Virus record (IMG/VR): IMGVR_UViG_3300042451_000046
Location: 1-34,799 of that record
Origin: a virus
Taxonomy: Duplodnaviria > Caudoviricetes
Length of the DNA stretch: 34,799 bases
Strand: one strand, 5' to 3'
Part shown: one piece after another, positions 26,901 through 32,519 of the stretch
How the letters are laid out: every line of letters begins with the position of its first letter
Numbering within the stretch: position 1 is the first letter of the stretch
Program-made: the position numbers and the translations under genes
Notes under the pieces: generated by a model
What the model saw: only the letters and a program-made list of their open reading frames with translations
Told to the model about the DNA's origin: nothing
The model's database searches: none

Positions 26901-29900
26901 GAGCAACGCCCCACGCACATTCGTGAAGTTCGCCAACGATGTCATGGACGCCATAAACGCCCTTGTGCGCCGCATGCTGGGCGTCAACCAGTCTGTTGCC
27001 AGCGATGTGATCGAGAACACAATTCAGTTGCTTGAGTCCGCTCGCGCAGCCACGCAGGAAACAGCGCCAAAGAAGGGCAACGTACTGCAGGCTGCTGCGC
27101 AGTCTAATGGACTAGTGGCGCGTGTTCGCGGAGCTCTTCGTAAGTTAGGTGTAGCTACCTCATCTGTTAATAGCAATGGGCAACCTCTTGCGTCGTCTGA
27201 CGTAGCCACACGCAATTTTTGGAAGTGGTTTGGTGACAGCGAAGTCGTAGATCGCCAAGGGCGTCCATTAGTTGTGTACCACGGCACGACCCGCGACTTT
27301 GACACTTTTGATGAAAATGTCGAAAAAAATCTATTGCCAGCGAAAAATCTAAAAGGCTTCTACTTTTCGGCACGACCCGAGGACGCCAGCACGTACGCTA
27401 TTGCTCCTGCGATTCGTAGCGAAAACAACCGCTCTGTAGCACCTGATGCACGTGTTATGCCTGTGTATTTGCGTATCGAAAACCCACTATACCTCAAGGA
27501 AGGCGACACACGGGGGGCTGTAATCCGGCCTGAGTTCGCGGAAGAACTGCGTAAAAAAGGCTACGACGGTATCATTTACGCTGATGGCAAAGAAATTGTC
27601 GTGTTTGACGCTGCACAAGTAAAGTCTGCTATTGGCAACAAGGGCACATTCGACCCCGCGTCCGGCAACATCCTGAAAGCCGATGTTACCTCCTACGGCA
27701 AAACTACCGTCGTTCCCGGCACATCATTGCCAAGCAAAGAAACTGACGCCATCACTGAGCAGTTTCAGAATCCTGTGACCGAAGAGCAGCTCAAGAAGCT
27801 GAGCAAGACTTTGTTGCCTGAGCAAGTCTCCTTCAAGTTTTTGTTCGACACGCTTGGCTGGGCCAGCGTACCCGGCAAGCTGGAAGGCGCGTCTAAGAAG
27901 ATTTCTGACTACGTGCAAAAGAACCACCCCGGTGCGGCAACAGTCGCGTCATGGGTCAACTCGCACTTCGGCTTGCAGTCTGGTGTGAAAGACGCGCTTG
28001 TACGTGCCAAGGACGATCGCCGTGGCGGCTCGATGATCTACAACCAGATCGCGCAATACTTCACAGACCTGCCCCCACAGCAATCCGTCGCTGTGCTGGA
28101 GTACATGGACGCCAAGTTGGCTCAGTTGCGCAAGCAAGGGGCTGCGCCGACATTCCCGATCAATGACCCGCAGATGAAAGACCTCGCAGACGCGACCATC
28201 ACTAAGTGGTGGGAGTACGCCAGAGCCCTGCGCGATCCAAAGCAACGCAATGCCTACGCCGGTCTGGAGCAGCCCGGTGGCCGCTGGACAGGTGGCGTGA
28301 AGTTCTCCCAAGGCTTGGCATTTGCCGAGAGCGTCGACCAGCTTGCAAGCCCATCGTTTGGCGTTCGCAACATCAGTGAGCTGATTTCTACCCGCACCAA
28401 AGACGAAGTCAATGCAGACGCCATCATGTTCCGCACTGACGCCAATGGTGATGCTCTGCTCACTGACAAGTTTGTTGGTATGTTCCTGCTGACACCAGCG
28501 CTCAAGAAGCGTCTGGACAACGCAGGCTCCACCACTGCAGCATCGCAGATTCTCGCCGAGCTTAAGCCCGACGAGTTCATCTCTGCCGACCTGCTGACAC
28601 AAGACGGCAAGCCACGCCAAAACGCAGCAGGCGTTCAGCTCATCCCAGACCGCAACTACCTGTGGGACTTGGCTGAGAAAGACAAGGGCGGTTTCCGCTT
28701 CACTGCACGCCTTGACGCCAAGCAAGCTCTGATGACGAAGAAAGGCCGTGACCTTGGCCACGCGCTGCAGAACACCATGGCTATCTTGGCCAACAGCTAC
28801 TCTGCAAACCGCTTGACAGAAGCTCTCGCTTCGTACGAGACTGGCACACCCAACGCCACAGCATTCGACTCTTTGGATGACCTGAACGCCATGCTTAACG
28901 GTGAGTACAAGGGCGACAAGTATGAGTTGAATAAAGACGAGGCATCGTGGACAACGCGCATCAAGCAAAACCAGATCGTGAAGCTGACAGACAACGAAGC
29001 CAAGTCTGAGACTGTCAAAGGTCTGTACCGCAACCGCAATCAGTGGGTGCAGTTGCCGAATTCTCCTACATACGGTGCGCTGGCTGGCAAGATCGTCAAC
29101 GGTTCTGTGTGGAGCGCCATCGAAGACATGAGCGACCGCAGACCTCTGGTGAACTCGGCTGTTTACAACGGCACAATGCGCTGGTTCAAGAAAGCCAAGA
29201 CGGTGTACAACCCAGCAACATGGGGCACCAACGTCGCGTCCAACTTCACCATGGCAATGATGGATGACATCCCGCTGCCAACGCTCGGCTACGCGACCAA
29301 GTTGTACGTTGGGTATATGCTGCCACCTGCCACGGCTGCTAAGCTGGGCATTTCACTCACACGTGAGCAGCAGCAGTTGATGCTGGAGATCATGAAGACA
29401 AACGCTTTGCTGGGCGACTTCTCCTCTAGCGAACTCAAGCAGTCGATCTACGACTCCATGCGCAGCACCATCGGCGACAAAGAGCAAGGCGTGGCCGAGC
29501 GCATCATGCAGTTTGCCAAGATGGAGAAAGACCGCATCGAGGCCATCAAGAAGTACGCTGGCAAAGGTGCTGACGCGGCTGAGCGCACAGACCAACTGCT
29601 CGGTGACTGGTACGCCATGCAGGATAACGTGTTCCGCGTTGCGTCGATGCTCAACAACCTCGGCCAGCAGGCACAGGCTGGCAAAACCATCGACGCTGAG
29701 GCATACCGCCTCGCTGGTGATCATGCTCGATTCGCGTTCTTGGATTACGACATCGACTCCAAGGCTGTCCGCATCATGCGTCAGACTGCGTTCCCGTTCA
29801 TCTCGTGGCCATACGCCGCTGCAAAGATGATCGGCAACGTGGCCGTGCACAAGCCATGGAAGCTCGTCAACCTGTATGCAGGTCTGTGGATGCTCGACGC

Positions 29901-30618
29901 ATTGACGCAAGCCATCACAGGCGACGATGACGAGGAGTTGCGCGAGTCTGGTCCAGAGTGGGCTCGCAACAAGCTGCTGTTTGGCCTTGGCCCTCACACG
30001 CACATCCGTGTGCCGTTCATGGGCGACAGCGAAAACCCTGTGTACTACGACATCGGCAAGTACATCACACCTAGCAGCTTCGGCGACAAGGTTCCAAACG
30101 CGTTCCTTGGCCTGAGCTGGTGGCCTTCGTTTGTTTCGCCCGGTGGCCCGTTCATCTCGTCCGCGCTCGCGCTGGTCGGTGGCATTGACCCGTACAGCGG
30201 CAGGCCTTTGTCACCTCCAACAGACAACGACTGGGAAAAACTCAGCGATCGACTGACCTACACCCAGAGTCTGTTTGCCCCCAACTTGCCGTTCCTCAAC
30301 GCACGAGAGCTTGAAAAGGCACAGAAGGCGTTCGAGGCGACCGAAGGCCGCAGCGAAAACTACAGCAGCCTGTACTTGGCCAGAACTGCTGGTATGCGGT
30401 TCTATGACTTCAACGTGCAAGGTGCACTCGACGAGCAAGACCGCGCTGCCAAGGCTGTGGAGCGGGAGTACAAGACTGAGATCGGCAAGCTCAAGCGCAA
30501 ACAGGAACGTCTTGAGAATCCTGACTGGGAAGCCTTCTACGAACGTGAAGAAGAGCTTATGATGCGTATGGAAAAGCGTATCGCCGAGATTCGTGGCAAA
30601 GAAACTGGAGAAGAATGA
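23914..30618 (+). CDS. large polyvalent internal virion protein (zincin HExxH, ART-like and LPD38-like C-terminal regions)
   Basis: ~2234 aa from ATG 23914 (GGAG RBS); VALHEALH at ~26632-26655; FWKWFGDS..PLVVYHGT..GFYFS..GYDGIIY..EIVVF at ~27215-27610; C-terminal FPFISWPY..IDPYSGRPL. Confidence 0.8.
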   Translation: MAIYTLEDLRNAVPQDMKGLADDALVRDYSQRIGKSFEETADYLGLKARGTAAEMGRQALGGAVVDLPKMVGQGLQYTGIAPEFGREMAASAEARAPEYVPDMRGRGLLGQAGVLGARGLAPVAATLPLAFVPGGQVAAPLAAATLFGTSSAQETYDKLISQGATEQDAIDAARRVGMIQGPLEGVATAVGLRAARPLATALGAAPKTTAGIAGALTETAVAKPFAKGMATNLVVQPGTEVAQDVGSSLVERAYGAAPEDLGEMAKQSALGGFGLTLLLSPLGLGGAVSRSRNAERLTQALYGEDTAPEVREAARLEVMEAARQQGVPEQNTEEWLQRQLREEAANIATVQQKEEETLDALTETPYSDIAYALRDPELSSVMSEPDRVKLFGTLETLQATDTPAEQRDALLTDANETIGRYVAALQEPGAETDLTQPFGLQRQSALTTTQPVQELNLAGGLTQVQTNIPDGLAGYQAPAPAGREMPRTQAPAPVEGVEGIEAVRPGVFQVAQPLQQVGTFVGPRPAPAAPVTPLGAPTAVAAALPAAQPAAGVSSTVTTGAPSGTQAPQAVKAKTQRTKAPAAPAAAAVTEEATKPLANVSEAIKEDNEIDRVLKAIEAEEDTGGDKLFAGVTGQAKKAPGRPSMPTQVYAAIRNAILNPKGAVMVRKPKSVEKDVALTEKYKDKVKRIAAAAKAFADAYETYSSQNLVRSGETIKRDTTADAVMANRAEVLRANARAVQSTLAKLGEAVDGNAKDVEAIVRFVKDRAQKEKRSDEKVVQNDILLSRAWAAAKRETFISEPDLLDVSPAEVRQSREATAKGAAPQLVTAATEGYKVLGKGEAQTGLNGILNYIRTVGTPFEKTLAQAIKLAVAGKAPIKIKFVKEGTSQYDPKTNTITINETSSKEVALHEALHGALQWFVYTNPNAAQVVALKAALQRVVNFDTAKLPPKAAEVQAVLKKILAGKSKTAELDAVLELISYGNTLNDFRRALQGMESNAPRTFVKFANDVMDAINALVRRMLGVNQSVASDVIENTIQLLESARAATQETAPKKGNVLQAAAQSNGLVARVRGALRKLGVATSSVNSNGQPLASSDVATRNFWKWFGDSEVVDRQGRPLVVYHGTTRDFDTFDENVEKNLLPAKNLKGFYFSARPEDASTYAIAPAIRSENNRSVAPDARVMPVYLRIENPLYLKEGDTRGAVIRPEFAEELRKKGYDGIIYADGKEIVVFDAAQVKSAIGNKGTFDPASGNILKADVTSYGKTTVVPGTSLPSKETDAITEQFQNPVTEEQLKKLSKTLLPEQVSFKFLFDTLGWASVPGKLEGASKKISDYVQKNHPGAATVASWVNSHFGLQSGVKDALVRAKDDRRGGSMIYNQIAQYFTDLPPQQSVAVLEYMDAKLAQLRKQGAAPTFPINDPQMKDLADATITKWWEYARALRDPKQRNAYAGLEQPGGRWTGGVKFSQGLAFAESVDQLASPSFGVRNISELISTRTKDEVNADAIMFRTDANGDALLTDKFVGMFLLTPALKKRLDNAGSTTAASQILAELKPDEFISADLLTQDGKPRQNAAGVQLIPDRNYLWDLAEKDKGGFRFTARLDAKQALMTKKGRDLGHALQNTMAILANSYSANRLTEALASYETGTPNATAFDSLDDLNAMLNGEYKGDKYELNKDEASWTTRIKQNQIVKLTDNEAKSETVKGLYRNRNQWVQLPNSPTYGALAGKIVNGSVWSAIEDMSDRRPLVNSAVYNGTMRWFKKAKTVYNPATWGTNVASNFTMAMMDDIPLPTLGYATKLYVGYMLPPATAAKLGISLTREQQQLMLEIMKTNALLGDFSSSELKQSIYDSMRSTIGDKEQGVAERIMQFAKMEKDRIEAIKKYAGKGADAAERTDQLLGDWYAMQDNVFRVASMLNNLGQQAQAGKTIDAEAYRLAGDHARFAFLDYDIDSKAVRIMRQTAFPFISWPYAAAKMIGNVAVHKPWKLVNLYAGLWMLDALTQAITGDDDEELRESGPEWARNKLLFGLGPHTHIRVPFMGDSENPVYYDIGKYITPSSFGDKVPNAFLGLSWWPSFVSPGGPFISSALALVGGIDPYSGRPLSPPTDNDWEKLSDRLTYTQSLFAPNLPFLNARELEKAQKAFEATEGRSENYSSLYLARTAGMRFYDFNVQGALDEQDRAAKAVEREYKTEIGKLKRKQERLENPDWEAFYEREEELMMRMEKRIAEIRGKETGEE

Positions 30619-30872
30619 TGGCAAAGACACCTGCATGGACGCGCAAAGAAGGCAAAGACCCCAAGGGGGGTCTTAACGCCAAGGGGCGTGCCTCCTACAA
30701 CAAAGCCAACCCCGGCAAGCCGGGGCTCAAGGCCCCTCAACCTGAAGGTGGCCCACGACGTGACTCATTCTGTGCTCGAATGGAGGGCATGAAGGAGAAG
30801 CTGACCAGTGAAAAAACTGCCAAAGACCCCAACAGCCGCATCAACAAGTCGTTGCGTGCGTGGAAATGCTAA
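30615..30872 (+). CDS. small basic protein (DUF6321-like)
   Basis: AWTRKEGKDPKGGLNAKGRASY..RRDSFCARM..DPNSRINKSLRAWKC; GGAG RBS. Confidence 0.8.
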   Translation: MMAKTPAWTRKEGKDPKGGLNAKGRASYNKANPGKPGLKAPQPEGGPRRDSFCARMEGMKEKLTSEKTAKDPNSRINKSLRAWKC

Positions 30873-30891
30873 CCCCCAACTGGAGATTCCC

Positions 30892-31035
30892 ATGATGTAC
30901 GGAAAAATGATGATGGCTAAGGCCCCCGCAAAGTCCGCAGGCAAAAAAGCTGCTCCATTCAAACCTTGCAAGGGTTGCCCAAGCCCAGCCAAGTGCGCTA
31001 AGGCTGGCGTTTGCGCCGCCAAAGCTAAGAAGTAA
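30892..31035 (+). CDS. 47-aa Lys/Ala-rich microprotein with four Cys
   Basis: MMYGKMMMAKAPAKSAGKKAAPFKPCKGCPSPAKCAKAGVCAAKAKK; GGAG RBS at 30882. Confidence 0.75.
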   Translation: MMYGKMMMAKAPAKSAGKKAAPFKPCKGCPSPAKCAKAGVCAAKAKK

Positions 31036-31187
31036 TGCCAAGCACCAGCGAAAAGCAAGCCCGCACTATGCGGGCTGCTGCACATGACCCAGCCTTCGCC
31101 AAGAAGCTGGGTATCCCCAAGAAGGTGGCCAAGGAGTACGTGGCCGCTGACAAGGCCAAGGGCGTAAAGCCCAAGGCCAAGAAGTAA
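31035..31187 (+). CDS. 50-aa Lys-rich microprotein (absent from ORF track)
   Basis: MPSTSEKQARTMRAAAHDPAFAKKLGIPKKVAKEYVAADKAKGVKPKAKK; TAATG coupling; phage-like codon bias. Confidence 0.8.
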   Translation: MPSTSEKQARTMRAAAHDPAFAKKLGIPKKVAKEYVAADKAKGVKPKAKK

Positions 31188-31439
31188 TCACTTCATCCGG
31201 GCCGACTTGGTCCGGGCAAAGGAGCGGTTTTCGGACTTGGGCACTGCACGCAGGTTGCCTGATCCGTTGCCGCCGCCTTTGGCAATAGGCGTCTTGTGGT
31301 CAACGTCTTTGCCGTCACCCTTGGACACCACACCCTTCTTCTCCATCTCAGAACGGGCAGCGTTGCGCTTCGCACGATTGGCGATTTGCTCTGGTCGGCC
31401 CTGATACTTATCATACTCAGCGCGGTAGTTGCGTGGCAT
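31188..31439 (-). CDS. small HNH-motif protein
   Basis: GDGKDVDHKTPIAKGGGNGSGNLRAVPKSENRS (H-N-N type). Confidence 0.85.
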   Translation of the reverse strand: MPRNYRAEYDKYQGRPEQIANRAKRNAARSEMEKKGVVSKGDGKDVDHKTPIAKGGGNGSGNLRAVPKSENRSFARTKSARMK

Positions 31440-31899
31440 ACAAAATCCTTTCGCACCAAAACTTTAGTTGGGCAGTTGTCAGTTCGCTCTTCATAAGGTT
31501 TGCTTGGTAGCAAACCAACTGCACATTATCTAGAGTGTACCCCAAGCCAGAATCTTTGCGGTCGATAGACAGGTTAGTGGGCAGTCGCCCTTTACCTTTC
31601 TCGTATGTCATAGGCACACCTGACAAAGCGCACAACCCTCCTTGCTTGTCCCACAAAGATTTCAGTTCGTCTACGACTACTTCTACAGGGTGCTTGCCGC
31701 GCCTAGTCGCCAAAAATATCTTTTCGCGTAAGAAGTAGTCTAGGTTTGAGTTGCGCAACTTCTGTCGCACCTGCTGATACTCATCGCTTTTGTCGCGACA
31801 GGCCGTATTGCAATACTGCTTGTTGCTATGCCCGATAAAGTCTACACCGCACGCACGGCACGTTTTGCGCACAGGCTTAAAACTATATGCGCGTGGCAT
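31417..31899 (-). CDS. HNH-family homing endonuclease-like protein
   Basis: CRACG..YCNTAC zinc finger; WDKQGGLCALSG..SIDRKDSGLGYTLDNVQLVC..ANLMK; AT-richer than neighbours. Confidence 0.8.
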   Translation of the reverse strand: MPRAYSFKPVRKTCRACGVDFIGHSNKQYCNTACRDKSDEYQQVRQKLRNSNLDYFLREKIFLATRRGKHPVEVVVDELKSLWDKQGGLCALSGVPMTYEKGKGRLPTNLSIDRKDSGLGYTLDNVQLVCYQANLMKSELTTAQLKFWCERILYATQLPR

Positions 31900-31908
31900 G
31901 GTTGTTCC

Positions 31909-32334
31909 TCAGTAAAGGTTGTTCAGCACTGGAGGGCGGTAGTTCGGCCCCTTCGCTATTTTCCCATGTTCGTTGAACACAGGGTTGCCGTTCTCGTCGT
32001 ACTTTGACCAGTTGCTGCGGTTCACGGCATCGACCCCATCGGTCATCTTCATGCCAGCGCAGTGGCCAACACCGACAGACGTGACGATCTGATCGGCCAG
32101 CGAGTCCAGCATCTCTTTGCGGTCATGAATGACCACGTTCTCCTGTCCGCTCTTGAGTCGGTCAGCCAACAGCTTGAGCTCGTAGCGCAGGTTATTCCAC
32201 CCGCCGTTGAACTGCACGCAGTCCAGCATCTCCACGAACTCCTCCACGTGGCATCCCATCTGAATGTCCAGTTCCCGGGCAGTGGGGTCAGGACGACCCC
32301 TACGGTGCCACAACTCGATCGAATCAATACTCAT
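31909..32334 (-). CDS. MazG-like/PRA-PH-like nucleoside triphosphate pyrophosphohydrolase
   Basis: HVEEFVEM, EMLDSLADQIV, VNRSNWSK and GKIAKGPNYRPP motifs; ATG at 32334 overlaps the upstream stop. Confidence 0.85.
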   Translation of the reverse strand: MSIDSIELWHRRGRPDPTARELDIQMGCHVEEFVEMLDCVQFNGGWNNLRYELKLLADRLKSGQENVVIHDRKEMLDSLADQIVTSVGVGHCAGMKMTDGVDAVNRSNWSKYDENGNPVFNEHGKIAKGPNYRPPVLNNLY

Positions 32335-32519
32335 GCGTTTCCCCTGTTTGAAATCCATGCCCAGTAGTGAGCGTCGTGCCTGTACCCGTGACATGCGTGC
32401 AATGCCTGTCCATATTCGTTATGACCCGGAGTCCCCGCGTTTGCAGCGAGGGCTTTGATTCTGGCAATGCTAACTTCGTAGGGCTCGTCTAGTTCCCAAG
32501 GAGTGCCATACACGTTCAT
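32331..32519 (-). CDS. hypothetical protein
   Basis: 62 aa; ATGA overlaps at both ends. Confidence 0.65.
   Translation of the reverse strand: MNVYGTPWELDEPYEVSIARIKALAANAGTPGHNEYGQALHACHGYRHDAHYWAWISNRGNA

Noticed and set aside
32284-32300. GGGGTC/GACCCC hairpin
   Set aside because: Short, inside the MazG-like CDS, no U tract; likely chance
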